A stretch of DNA of 64,000 bases from Octopus sinensis (lineage: Eukaryota), in NCBI RefSeq assembly GCF_006345805.1, contig NC_043015.1, positions 10,230,001-10,294,000 on the forward strand. Reading direction: 5' to 3'. Both the position numbers and the translations under genes were made by a program. The notes under the pieces were generated by a model. The model worked only from the letters and a program-made list of their open reading frames with translations. It did no database searches and was not told the DNA's origin. The number at the start of each line of letters is the position of its first letter. The first letter of the stretch is position 1. Positions 39,552-52,721 of this stretch are shown one piece after another.

Positions 39552-39964
39552 ACATGTTTGTGTTTATAAGTCTGTGTGTATGTGTGTGTGAATGCAAACG
39601 TCTTGTCAATTTATATGAACATATTTCTGCATCCACTCTGCTCCTGTCTGTAGAACTAGTTTCTTTGTTCCACAAAATATAGCATGACATTATATCGATA
39701 TTAAACGTTCGACCTTGCAAAAGCTGACGAAATGTTACTACCCATTCCGTAATCTTTCTTCAATCGACATACTTACTAGAACCCAAAACACCTGTACGAC
39801 GTCAACTTCCTCCATGCCTATAAAAAATTATTTCTTTTCAGCAAATGGACTCGAAGAAGATGCAGTAATATCAGTGAAGTACATTAGCAAAAATAATGTA
39901 TTAGTCATGTAATGCTTGGAGTTCTGCAATAAAATAATCTCCTACAATTTAAATAATAATCCTT

Positions 39965-40155
39965 TTTTCAATAGTCACAAGGCTTGAAATTCGGTGAAGG
40001 GGACTAGTCGATTACATCTATCTCAGTTCATCACTGCTACTTATTTTATCGATCCTGAAAGATGAAAGCACAGTAGACCACGGCGGAATTTTAAATCAGA
40101 ACGTAGCACGGACGAAATAGCGCTAAGTATTTCGCCCGGTGTGCAAACTGCTTTT
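39965..40155 (-). mobile_element. SINE family A, degraded
   Basis: Reverse complement gives CACACCGGGCGAAATACTTAGCGCTATTTCGTC..GTTCTGATTTAAAATTCCGCC and the GCCTTGTG tail. Confidence 0.7.
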
Positions 40156-40225
40156 ACAACTTAAATAATATTGATACGAAACTGTAATATCCCATGGATG
40201 TGAAAAGCGTATTTCGTTTTTACTG

Positions 40226-40565
<340 letters not shown>

Positions 40566-41257
40566 TGTGTGTACGTATGTATACTATTTCTGCAATTAGG
40601 TGTATAGCAGCATATATCTTTAATTGAGTATATTCTAGTATATATTTCAAATTAAACATAGACTTGTAGCATTTGAGATACGAATCAGCAACACTTCTAA
40701 AAGAAAGTAAAACGATTCAAATCATTCCATCTTTGTCTTTGATACATTTCTTCATCAATACCAAAGAAATATTCTGAATTATTTACTCGCATACATAACC
40801 CCACTTACATGCGTGCACACTTACAAACACATACGCATCTGTATACACGTTGGTAGGTATGATCAGATATATGTATGCATATATATATGGCAGCGCGTTA
40901 TCGTATATCATTTAAGCATACATAATATCAAAAGCTTTCATACAAATTTACCAAAATATATTTTTCAGAAACGACAATTATTCTTAAGACATTGTCCGAT
41001 AAGGGCATACATTACGCTTTCAGTTATAATACTCAGGTTTGTGAAGAAAAGATGTGAGGTAGAATTAATACTAAATATTTTGCTTGTGTTTGTATGTATG
41101 TGTGTGTGTGTGTGATCTTGTGTATGTGCGGGTGTGTGTGTGTGTGTACTTGTGTAGAGCATTTCCTTAGAAAACGAGCGTAACATTAATTTGAGGCTGA
41201 AAAATGTGAGAATCTACCTGCATTTGGGGGATTTGTAATACAAGTAATCTATACAAA

Positions 41258-41570
41258 TTAGCGGTTAGAGTATTCGGCTCATGATTGCAAGATCCGGAGT
41301 TCAATTCCCGTCGACGTGTATTGTCCTTCATTAAGACTTCATTTCACGTTGCTCAAGTCAACTCAGCTGTCAAATATGAGTAATACTTCTATTTCAAAGG
41401 GCCAAATTTGTTACACGCTGTGTCAAGCTCAAAAACCCTGGGAATTATGTTAAGGGTACACGCGTCTGTAGAATGCTCAGCGGAATGCAAATTAATTTCA
41501 GAAGCAGGCTGTTCCGTTGATACAAATTTATGCGAATATTTACAAGAAAGAAGCGGATAATGGGAAGCAC
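41258..41570 (+). mobile_element. tRNA-derived SINE, family C, degraded
   Basis: TAGCGGTTAGAG head, B-box GAGTTCAATTCC, then CTTCATTTCACGTTGCTC..ACTCAGCTG core; extent uncertain. Confidence 0.55.
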
Positions 41571-42967
41571 CTGTCAATCCTTATCTTGTTCGGATGAATG
41601 TTCACTTGGCTATGTCCTAGTTCAATGAAAGTGTTAGTTTCTACTGACTAAATTAATACTTCTCAAAACAGATGCTTTCTTTCAAGACTTCAAGATTTGG
41701 CGTGAAGTTTGAATCGTTTGTATGATTATCCATTTGCATTATATTTTGTTGTATTGATATATTTTTTATCTGTCTAGAATTGTCCATTGCATCATCCAAT
41801 ACTCTTTATTTCTTTTTCAAATTTCACTGGTGAGCTATGCATCTCAGTTAAATTTTACTAATCAAAATACGTGAAGTTTGCTCCATTCAAAAAAAAATTG
41901 AATAAATAAAAGAGAAAAAACAAGAAAAGGTGCGTTTACGTGTCGTTAACAAAAAAAAAAACATGAAATCACGGAAGTGTCTGTAGGTAGTTGTCATTGA
42001 TGTCAATTCAGCATCATACAAAAGCAAATGAAAATTGCATGCCAACGTTAATGTGTTCACTTTATTCATCGTATTGGCATATGTTCCTCGCAGTAAAAAC
42101 GTAGTTCTCTTAACGTATCAATAGATTACTAAACCAATATATATATATATATATATTTTTATACAGAGTTGAGTTGGGGATGGAAACAGATAGGAATACA
42201 TACACACATGCATACATACACACGTATTTACGTACATGCATTGGCAGATATAAATATATGCAAACATACATACTTATAATACTGAAACGAAGCTATAGAT
42301 ACAAATGTACATTATCACATGCAGGAACACACACATCCCCAAAGATACAGATACCGACATATACACACATGCACATATTAGCTGACCTATTTGAAAACTA
42401 ACGAAGAAACAAAATATTATATACCTGGCTTTTTTTCTATTTTTGTTAAATAAAATTTTCCAAAGCTATTTCAAATATATAAACACTATAATGAGGGACG
42501 ATATTATGATGCGTGAAAGGTCACAAACAGCTTCAAGCAAAATCGTATTGTGTTTTAATAGATTTTAAATCTTTGAGATCAGCAATTTTTTCCAATAATC
42601 ACAACATCCAACTTGAAATGTTTCATATAAAATATTGCAACCTGGAGTAAATTCCACGTACATAGACTCATTTATTTACCTTCCAAACATTATTTCCTTA
42701 TGTTTTTCGATTACGTCTTCAAGTCTTTCCATAAATAACATTGCTTAAAATCGCATATGCTGATATGAATCAAGCGTTAACGTTGTCTTCGCTTTTGTTT
42801 CATATTTACTCACTGTAGATATATGACCCTTGTTCATGTACTGGTAAGCAGAATATCATTAGAAGATATCCATTGCTTTTGTGTTTATTTAGTCGCCATT
42901 CACTGTACATGCGATTCACTGTGCAAATAATCGTCATGAAGGTTTAATCAGGAACTGTTTTAGTTGT

Positions 42968-42970
42968 GAC

Positions 42971-43006
<36 letters not shown>

Positions 43007-43032
43007 TAATAAAAATAATAATAATAATAGTA

Positions 43033-43112
<80 letters not shown>
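42968..43112. repeat. (AAT)n array
   Basis: Direct reading. Confidence 0.95.
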
Positions 43113-43113
<1 letters not shown>

Positions 43114-43432
43114 GCCATGTGTTGAGAGGGATTCTTTGGGGTTTGAATAATTCACCTTTGGAAGCAGGGGTGTTTCGTTCAACATCCTTAAACAATCCTT
43201 ATTCAGGGACCTTTTGAGCGGGATGGGCTACTCGACCAGAAAAAAATTCTAACTGGACCCCACCTGCAAGGTCATGTGCTGTTTATCTTGATATGAGATC
43301 ACCATGTCCCCCACATTTGGTTGTGATGCATGTGCCTAGTGTACCCCTATCAGACGGGTAGTCATGATGGGTATACTGGGCTTCGTATATTTTACCCCAG
43401 TGTCACTTTGATGGCATGCACTGCTCTCACTC
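43113..43432 (+). mobile_element. Non-coding (AAT)n-flanked element (copy 2, 5'-truncated)
   Basis: Aligns with ~11993-12268; (AAT)n on both sides. Confidence 0.75.
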
Positions 43433-43595
43433 AATAATTATAATAATAATAATAATAATAATAATTATTATTATTATTATTATTATAATGGTGATGATGA
43501 GGTAGATAATGATGATGATAAGAAGAATCTATGTATGTTTGTGTGTATACATAAATATAAATATATATGCAAGTGTGTGGGTTTGTGTGTGTGTA

Positions 43596-44146
43596 GCAAA
43601 TGAAAGACAGAAGATAGAATATACGAGAATTTATTATTAATCACGACAATTGTTTCGACAAATCGAGCATCGACTTCTCTTGCGAGGAACACTCAACAAC
43701 TGGTTCAGGCACATCCGGTGGGTCAGATGTAGCTTGTCGGGTGATAACACAATACAACTCGTTAAAATGACTGTTCAGCAATATAACTTTCCGTTTTTTT
43801 AGGGAGAAATGCATCCAGACCGAGGAAATATCTTTATTTATATAGAAGATCAAAAATAAAATCACATATGGTAGAAAGAGAAACGAACACGCAATCCAGA
43901 GTGCTTTGATTTTCTTCTTCTATATAACTGAAGATATTTCCTCCGTCTGGCTGCTTTTCTCTCTAGAAAATGGGTAGATACATTGCGGATCAGTCATTTT
44001 AACGATATTTATTTATCATCCAACGATAGTCGTGAACCAGATGTTGAGTGTCCCACCCAAAAGGAATCAATGCTAGATATACCGAAACAATTGTCGTGAT
44101 TAATTAATAAAAAAATATCGTACATTCCGCCTTCTCTTTCATTTGC
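43596..44146. mobile_element. Large foldback element with TA flanks
   Basis: Arms ~43596-43855 and ~43905-44146 are diverged reverse complements; ends GCAAATGAAAG / CTTTCATTTGC, each flanked by TA. Confidence 0.8.
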
Positions 44147-45500
44147 TATATACCTAACGACCACTGTGACCAAGTGGCCGTGAATTGCCAGTAAGCTACC
44201 AGGTGTAAACCATTCATTTTATTATCCAATATATATATATCTATGTCTTGTGTTTTGTTATTTTACTTTAAACCAGTATTGTAGAAATATTCGACTTGAA
44301 TCTTAACCAGCAACTATGTTTGTTTTCTCTAAGTTTATATGTCTTCTCTTCTGTTAATTTATTTATTTTGGCAGAAACTGATTATTTCAAAATCTAGTTA
44401 AGCACTAGACAGTAGAAATATCAAAATAAGTACCAACATACACTTTTATTATTAATGCTATATCATTTATTGCAGTACTATGTATACTTCTTATGTGTTA
44501 TCTTAATACTTTTGAGTGCCTACAATGTTTTACTTAAAGACGTTAATATCCTAGAGTATATTTCCATTTTCCATTCACATTTTGCTCTCTCTATTTGGAA
44601 ATATTGTATGTGGATATTATTCTTTTTCCTTTAGTTGTATATTGTCACCTGCTGGATTCCATACATCATAGAAATCTAGTTACAGGGATGGGAAGATAGG
44701 AGCGTTAGATCGGCAATGAAAATGACTTGCGGTATGTGTTCTCGATCTTTACGTAACATTCTTCCCTCAAGTGTTGACATGTGCTGTACTTGTTTCCGCC
44801 AAGTACGAAGTGTCAGTAAAGGTATAATACATTTTTACTCAGTAAATTTCAGACACAAAATCATATAAGTAGTTTCTGGTAGCAATCGTTTATTTTTAAT
44901 TGTACGAGATGTTGATAGTGGATCCTGTCGACCATAGTGAAAGATAACTTAGAACCTCGACACTATGGCATTGTGCAATTTTCAACTCAAATTTATATAG
45001 TTACAGTTCAAATCTCGTTGAGTTCAAATATTTTTTCACCCTTTGGGATGATAACACAAATTGCAATTATTAACTTAGAGCAATTTTATCAATAGTTGAA
45101 ATATGTTGAAATATAATGTTTTGCTATTTTCCTGAAAATTCAACATGCTAGCTCAACCATGAAACTCTCATTTTGAAAACGCTGGCGTACTATTTAAGTA
45201 TTTCAATATTTTTTATGTGTATTTTTCTATTATCGCTCACGGTGTCCACGGGAAACTCACCATTCACTCACACATAGTAAAGCTCGCATATCTCTTTTTA
45301 CATATCTCTATGTTCTTCTCTCTCTCTCTCTCAAAGCGGTGCCTTCAAAGAGATAACATGAACTTAAATTCATGTGGATAACTTTTCATATTTCCTGAGG
45401 CAATATGACATATGCAAAAATCATAATGAGAAACGACAGTATAATACACTAAATGTCACTGATATCTTCCGACATAATGACATTCTACACGAGCAAATTA

Positions 45501-46115
45501 TATTAGGTCATCAAGTATGAAATTTGTAGAACAGAAAAAAAAGTTTGCTAATGTTTTATAAATACGAGGAATAGTTTTATTTATCAAAGTACGCATCCAT
45601 ATTGTCAATACACTTTTGCCATTTCAGCGGTAACTTGTCCAGCCTGGAATTGTAAAAGCCTGATAATCTAGAGTCAATAAAATCTTGGAAGGCCTATTCT
45701 ACAGCATCGTCGGAATTAAATGTTTTCCTATTATAACCTTATCCAAATTCTGGTAGTCAGTGGGGGCAAGATGAGTTCAGTATGGTTGATGAAAAACTTA
45801 CAACTCCAACTCCTGTAGTTTCGCCAATGTCATTTTTGCGATAGTTTCGTCTGGCGTTGTCTTGCAATGAAGTGGGAGTGGATCTGTTGACTAATCTAGC
45901 TTGGTTGTTTTAAGTTTCTGCATTATTTGGTCCAGTTGGCTGCAGTGTATTTCGGCCGTGGTTGATGAGCCAGCTTTAATGAAATTATAATGGATCACAC
46001 CTGCGCCAGACCATCAAACAAACACTACTAGCATCTTTCGATGAATTTTGCTTTTAGGACTGTCTGTTAGTGGCTTGTCTTTGTCCGACCGTTGTGCTGA
46101 CCTTTTATGGTTGTT
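45501..46115 (-). mobile_element. mariner transposon 3' half, defective
   Basis: Minus strand SAQRSDKDKP..KIHRKMLVVFV*WSGAGVIHY and KTFNSDDAVE*AFQDFIDSR..LDKLPLKWQKCIDNMDAYFD; TIR-like TATTAGGTCA at 45501. Confidence 0.85.
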
Positions 46116-46260
46116 TACATTGTTTATATTTGACAGATATTTGTTCTCATCTTGTTTGTTGTTTACACAACGATTCGGCTGATATGTCCTCCAGCCTTGA
46201 TAAGGTGTCTTGGGGAAATTTCGAACCTATGTTCCCTTTACTAAGGTAGTTTTTGATGTC

Positions 46261-46349
<89 letters not shown>

Positions 46350-46698
46350 TAGTTTTATTTTTATAGCGTGCTTTCACTTCACTACCGAGCGCAGCTCTGT
46401 GTGCCTTGGGTATGTGCTGTGATTTGTTGTGATGCTCTGATGGTTATTGTATGGAAAGTGTTCTGCGTAGGATGTGTGCAGTGCCTAGTAGTGCAATTTT
46501 CTGTATGTTATATGTGTTTGTAAGTCCTGGTGTTTTTGTTATGTATTTGTCTGAATATTTTTTTTATCATGCCTAATGCACCTACTATGATAGGAATTGT
46601 TTCCGTTTTCAGGTTCCACATATTCAGGTCACTGCCTGGAATTGAACTCGGAATCGTGGGGTTAGTAGACCGCGCTCTTAACTACTACGTCATATGCC
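46116..46698 (-). mobile_element. tRNA-headed hammerhead SINE (copy 2), interrupted, ribozyme core mutated
   Basis: Head 46626-46698 (B box GAGTTCAATTCC), insertion 46345-46621, (AAT)n 46262-46345, body 46116-46261 with ACAC CTTATCA A GGCTG..CAGCC GAATC GTT GTGT at 46165-46208. Confidence 0.85.
46345..46621 (-). mobile_element. R4/Dong-like retrotransposon 3' end (copy 3, different subfamily)
   Basis: MWNLKTETIPIIVGALGMIKK..IQKIALLGTAHILRRTLSIQ* is homologous to the C-terminus of copies 1 and 2 but has a different 3' UTR; (AAT)n tail. Confidence 0.85.
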
Positions 46699-46881
46699 GT
46701 GGTCCTACGGAAATAACCATGGAACACCAATTAATATGAAGTTTAGTAGAGATTTTAAGGAATTAAGGGCACATATGGTATTGTGTAACAGATAATAACC
46801 GAAACATTAGTAGGCCGCACTGGCATAATGAAAGTAAACGTTACGAGAACCAGTTCACTAAAACTACACAATAAATTAACA

Positions 46882-46917
<36 letters not shown>

Positions 46918-47129
46918 GCATATCAATTATATACATACATATACATATACTCACACGCGTACACATTCACATACTTAAAAAGGAGAATAGGAAAAAATAT
47001 ATCAAAAAGTAAAACATATTAAGCGTTCGAAGAATTAATGGTGGCTTCATAAATAATGGCCTCGGTCATACAGGTTCAATTTAGCGGGCACAAGTCATTA
47101 TCTCTACATGATTGTGTTTAATTGGGCTT

Positions 47130-48000
47130 TTTTTAAATTTAGGGTTGAACTAAGACTAAGTTATAGATTTTGCCTATAAAAGCGTTTCCTATATTTATGA
47201 AGTATTGAAAAATGTCTGTCTATATATAAGGGACTAGAAAGATTTACCTATATTAAAGGTCACTTCAGGGGAGTAAAGGATTGCTATTAAAATTTCTTCC
47301 TGTGTCTATGTTTCCTTTTCTTTATTTCTAGCCTAATAACATATGTGTAAGCTATTTTCTCATTAAATCCACTCACTATAAGGATATCGTTATGTAGTGG
47401 GGCGGCATTATTAAATATGTTTATACTGGAGGAGACTAAAGTCATAAACACTACATTAATATAATTAAATCTATCATTGGTCTTTCTATAGGGTTTGTAA
47501 ATATTCTTTTGTAAATCTAGAGATACGTCAAGGAAATTCGTAAACATCGGGTTGGTATTTATTGTTATACTAGGATCAAATGTTTTCATAACCGACCTTC
47601 GCGGGTCCAAGGATACTCTTAAGCTAAATCTAGAGCATCATCCCTAGAAGTAGTTAGATATACACCACGTAATTTTTTTCCTAACGTGTCAAGCAGGACT
47701 GGCCCAAAGAGATGGCATATGCCTGCTGCATCATATGATCGCATTCTCACATCGAAAGAACCCTCTGCGTCAATTGTCTTGACCAACTCTGCTTTCTTGC
47801 TGAACACTAAGGTCTTTTTAGCATGGGGCATTATATCCGTATCTTGTTCACTAATCTTTGTAAAATCGCTTGCGAAAATGAAGTATTTATCTAGCAGTTT
47901 TCTATAAATAGATGCATAGCAATCTACAATATCAAATTGTGTAAATCTTGCTGTATACTTATTTCTAATTGCTTTAAACCAGTTAACATCTTCAATAGTA
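47130..48000 (-). mobile_element. Penelope-like element reverse transcriptase fragment
   Basis: VNWFKAI..FTQFDIVDCYASI, SFDVRMRSYDAAGICHLFG, SRDDAL, NFLDVSLDL..YKPYRK and NIGKSF..DRHF are diagnostic PLE RT motifs; frameshifted. Confidence 0.85.
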
Positions 48001-48030
48001 TTGAAACATTGTATATACATACATACGTAC

Positions 48031-48064
<34 letters not shown>

Positions 48065-49821
48065 CATTAATTAGAAGATTTTGCGAGACGAGTTGCTAAT
48101 AAGATACATTAACTGGCTTCATGGTAATATCTGTTATTAGAAGCATTATTCTTAAAAATCTGTTTATACAACAAATTTTCTTAACATCGTTTTATTATTT
48201 TAAAGAATTTTAGACGGCTTCGGTTTTGTTCCATTTATTTTAGACTGTTGTTTAAAGAGCATCAATTGAATTCGTATCATTACATTAATAGTGTCGATTA
48301 TATCGTTGACTGCATCTAATTTTTATATCTGTTGTACTGTAACTGTCTAACACATTTCTCATGCCACAGTAAACAGTATATTACTCCTATTACTTTTACT
48401 CTTGTGATTACTTATATATCATCACACATATCGCGCCATCATTACTGAAATTATCAATAAAAGTGTCACAAAATCTTGTGAGATCGACCTTATAAAATCA
48501 AACGCAGAACTATAATAGTTCTCTCTTTTTAAATATATTCCCTGCTGTTTATTTCCCAGCTATTATTAACAGAAATTGATTCTTTAAAACTCAGTTTTAT
48601 AATCTGAATCCGAATAATGTACACATATCCAATTTTGATATTACTCTTATTTTAAGGTTATTGTATTATACCACGACATTCCATTCTGTGTGTGTTGTCT
48701 CAAAATTGAATCTACTAATCTTGCTTTGCCTACCTTCAACATTTCTTTTACTACGTCTTTTGTTTCCAAGTTGTTATATTTTTCCGGTAGCGCTCTATAC
48801 CTTAGTAATGCTTGACATTTGCCCCATGCACAGATAATCTTGCGGCATGACATTTTAAAACTTATTACGCCCGTTGTTACTAATTCTATTAGCACTCTAA
48901 TTAAAGATAGCTTCTCAAGAGTAATCCATCCACTAAAACGTTGAAGATGAACATTGCTAACGAGATACAATACTCTAATCTCTTAAAAATAATGCCAAAT
49001 CTAATTATATAGTTAGGCAGAGGTATTGATCATAATCAAGGGATATCGCAGCAGTTTACAAGCATCAGTTTGAACAATATGAACAATACTGATTGGACTA
49101 ACAACAGTATCAGCACACCAACGATACATCTTTTGATATAAATACACAAAGAAATGATTTTAATGAAAAACCTTTCGTTGGTCGCCAGGAATGTGATTCT
49201 CGGCAATCACTGCGACAATATTGTACATAATAAAGTCGGGGAACATCGTTGTCAGAGAGGTGAAAGAATAAATGTTCCGTGCAGTTATATTTGACGTAGG
49301 AAGTTGCCTCACGACCTGAAATCTATTCTTAAGTTTATGCAAGAAAGATATTTACATATATCATTTTCTCTAAAACATTGAGCTGCCAAAGTAACAAATC
49401 TCATTAAAAGTAACCGATGTCTAGCGATGGACATTATTTTGAGGGAAGTAGTACTTATAACAGAATATGTCTCGTTCTCAAGATTACAAAAGGTTCGGGA
49501 AGGGATAATGGTGATACCAGAGCGGCAAAGGCTTGCCTTTGTTATTGCCTGTATACATCATAAGTCAATACAAACGGCAGATGCAGCACAGAGGGGGGAA
49601 TGATTTTAAATGTTATTCCGTTTACACAGTCTTAGCAGATAGTGAAAGTAAACGTAATAAGCTAATAATGAGGGTATCTGTCACTCTGGAGATTACTGCT
49701 CGGGCTCATTCGTTTCATCCCGGACGAAAAAATTGCGACGCCTGCTTTTTAAACAACACATACCTTCATACGTGTCATTGATAAATCATTTCATGGAGCT
49801 GATTTTGCTGCGTATTTCGAA

Positions 49822-50282
49822 TCTTTATATATAAAAGTGAGGTTGTATGCTGTCTGTCTCCTACGATTTTGATTCCTAACTACTCCTACATTTTGCGGTG
49901 CAGTTTAACCAAAACCGGGTATCTTATAGTCGTGATTTATATCGAGCCCTTCTGGGTATTTGCGCACGTCTACGATGAGTCTACGATTAAAAAAAAAATT
50001 ACCATCAATTTTTCCCATTTTTAATGCATTTTTGGCATATATAACGGAAGTAACTCTCTAAAAAGTTATTATTAAATCTCAGAACGTAAAAGGCTAGAGT
50101 AACACCCCCTCCTTTGTGGTTAGCCATATTGAGATGGCTATTATACTTCACAACTCTAAAAATGCTTATATAGCATGGCCACAGCTCATGAGCTGAAACT
50201 AGATAAAATAAAATAAAATAAAATAAAATAAAAAATAGTTATTTCCCTTACAAACCCGAGCAAAGCCGGGCGATACTGCTAG
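49822..50282 (+). mobile_element. Non-autonomous Helitron
   Basis: 5' TC (TCTTTATATATAAAAG) after an A; 3' hairpin CCCGAGCAAAGCCGGG shortly before terminal CTAG, followed by T (A|T insertion site). Confidence 0.8.
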
Positions 50283-51038
50283 TTTAAATGTAAAATTGTA
50301 TTGAGCTGACTATTTTATCACTGGTAAGGTAAATAACACGTCAGCAGACGTTTGTCAGTTATGAGTCTTTTGTAAACGCCAAATTGTGTGTGGTAGCTTC
50401 TTTTGATTTAGCGATTCAGCAATTGGCTGTAGAAGACTAATATAGCTAAGTGTTAATTCACTTCATATTACATCCAATTAAACAAAGTATATTTTCCGCT
50501 TGAAAGACAATCTAATGGAATATCATATCCTATCAATTTGAACTGAGCTGCACTTTCTTTAAAAGGAAATACATCATGACAAGTGTGCCAGCGGTCATTA
50601 TGATGCACGCATGATGACCATTATTTTATTATTCTGCAAGAAAACTTGAGCCGAGGCTGATGTGTGCGATGGAAATCATCGTATATAATGCTATAAACAT
50701 AACGGAACATAAATTTCTGTAGCAATCCAAACACAGCACTGCAAAGAGCAAATAATCCACTGTCGATACTTATTTAGAGTAATCTAGCAATCTATACAAT
50801 CTAATATATAGAAATGTTAGCAATGGTTGCACCACGAATTCAATATTATATCGCTGCACTAGACGTCCTGTTAATACAACGATAAAAATAACACACTGAA
50901 GTCCATCGGAAAGGCATACAATTATTATTTTGCTAAAATATGTCTAGCATTAATAAGTGCAATATCACATTAAAAGTGAAAGTTCAGAACATATAAAAAT
51001 ATATGACCAACTGTCAAAGTTTTATGATTTATGTACAG

Positions 51039-51150
51039 CTGAAAAGTTAAAATTATTGTTTGCACTCTATCTGACGTTCGAAGAAGGCATGGCGGATTAC
51101 AGCATTAGTTGGGAGAGACCTGAAGGTGTGCAGGCCTTTTTTCGTTAACG
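51039..51150 (+). pseudogene. Candidate phase-1/1 exon with a +1 T frameshift
   Basis: Acceptor TTTATGTACAG, donor CG|GTAAGT; reads EKLKLLFALYLTFEEGMADYSISWERPEGVQAFFVN(G) if one T of the T6 run is removed. Confidence 0.3.
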
Positions 51151-52508
51151 GTAAGTGATGCAACGGCTGCCCGATTCAAGACAGAATTGTAGTAAACAAC
51201 TCATGTTACCCAGACTCCTACTGGACTGTAAAACAGATATTTTCCGTTCCACTCAGCATGGAAATTGATATGTAGTTAAAAAGTGGTGGACAGTGCTATA
51301 ACTATAAATGATAGACTTTCCATCAGTTGACTGCGATGCTTGCTACAGCCATCATCTTACATACAAACATACACATGCATGAGTCCACACAGTATTTTCA
51401 GATCGGTTACTTACCCGTCGCATTTCCATTCCCCTCCACAGTTCTCACATAACCAACCTTTCAATCACAGTTTTTAAGTGTTTACCACGCACACCGTGAG
51501 GGTCTCTCACTAGAGGAATTATCCTTTAAACTTCTCCCACAAAGTTTTTACATTACCTTTTCTTACAAAATGCCCTACAGCCATGTAAAGCTTCCTGGCA
51601 CACAATAGCGGGGAGTCATCTCGAGAGTTTTCGTACTAGCCCCTATTATGATCGCCATGATGTGTTTCCTCAAACGTGCGGGTGAAGCCTGTTTTTCAGA
51701 TCAGCAAAAATATTGTATAGATTCAATATTAAAACATATACATTCGTACACATATACACATGTGTGTGTGTATGTGTGTTCGTGTGTGTATGTATGTATA
51801 TGTATGAATTCATATGCATAAATATACATGGCACTATGAATAAGTGTGCGTGTGAGTGACTTGTATGAATGTGTATTCATATGAGTCTGTAGGAAACTGG
51901 AATTGCATAGACACAATAACAGCTGTCAGTAGATATCGTGTTGAATAATATATTTCTGCTGCATATTGAAGCATACAAGTGACGGAATAAAAATACAGCA
52001 ACATTCTAGCTACAGAAATGGTATTAATGACTATCCTGTGTCCAACATTGTTGACATCATCGCCTGTTTGAGAGGAACGTAGGAATGTTAATGCGTTTAG
52101 AAAATGAAAGTAAATAATGATTACCAGACAGTTGTTTAGAAGATAATAACATAGAAAAGAGACATGTTAATGAGATTTTCAAAGCCAAACATTCTAGTGA
52201 TATGGCGGTGAAAGGAAATATTGAAATACACATAGATTATGTCTACATTCAGAAATAAAGTGGTTGTTAAAAACGGCATTTCTAACTGTATACAAATAAG
52301 TATTCTGAATGCTTTATAATAGATAGAAATGTAGATTTTAAATTACAGTTTCAGAACCGCATGGCGGCCTTTCTATTTCATGCGCTAAAACTTATATGCG
52401 GGAATCATTATGTACAAAAAACAAACAAATTCACACATTCAATCGCAAGCATAAATTCAGGCACGCACACATACACTCACACACACACACATACATACGC
52501 GCACATAC

Positions 52509-52546
<38 letters not shown>

Positions 52547-52590
52547 CTGTGTCTGTGTGTGTGTGTCTGTGTGTGTGAATGCATGTATGC

Positions 52591-52623
<33 letters not shown>

Positions 52624-52665
52624 GTATGTATATATATATGCATATACATATATCTATATATATAA

Positions 52666-52721
<56 letters not shown>

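Noticed and set aside
48647-48970. 107-aa minus ORF
   Set aside because: No recognisable motifs; cannot be assigned without a search.
51955-52260. ~100-codon plus frame with four stops
   Set aside because: Stop density not clearly below background; no diagnostic motif.
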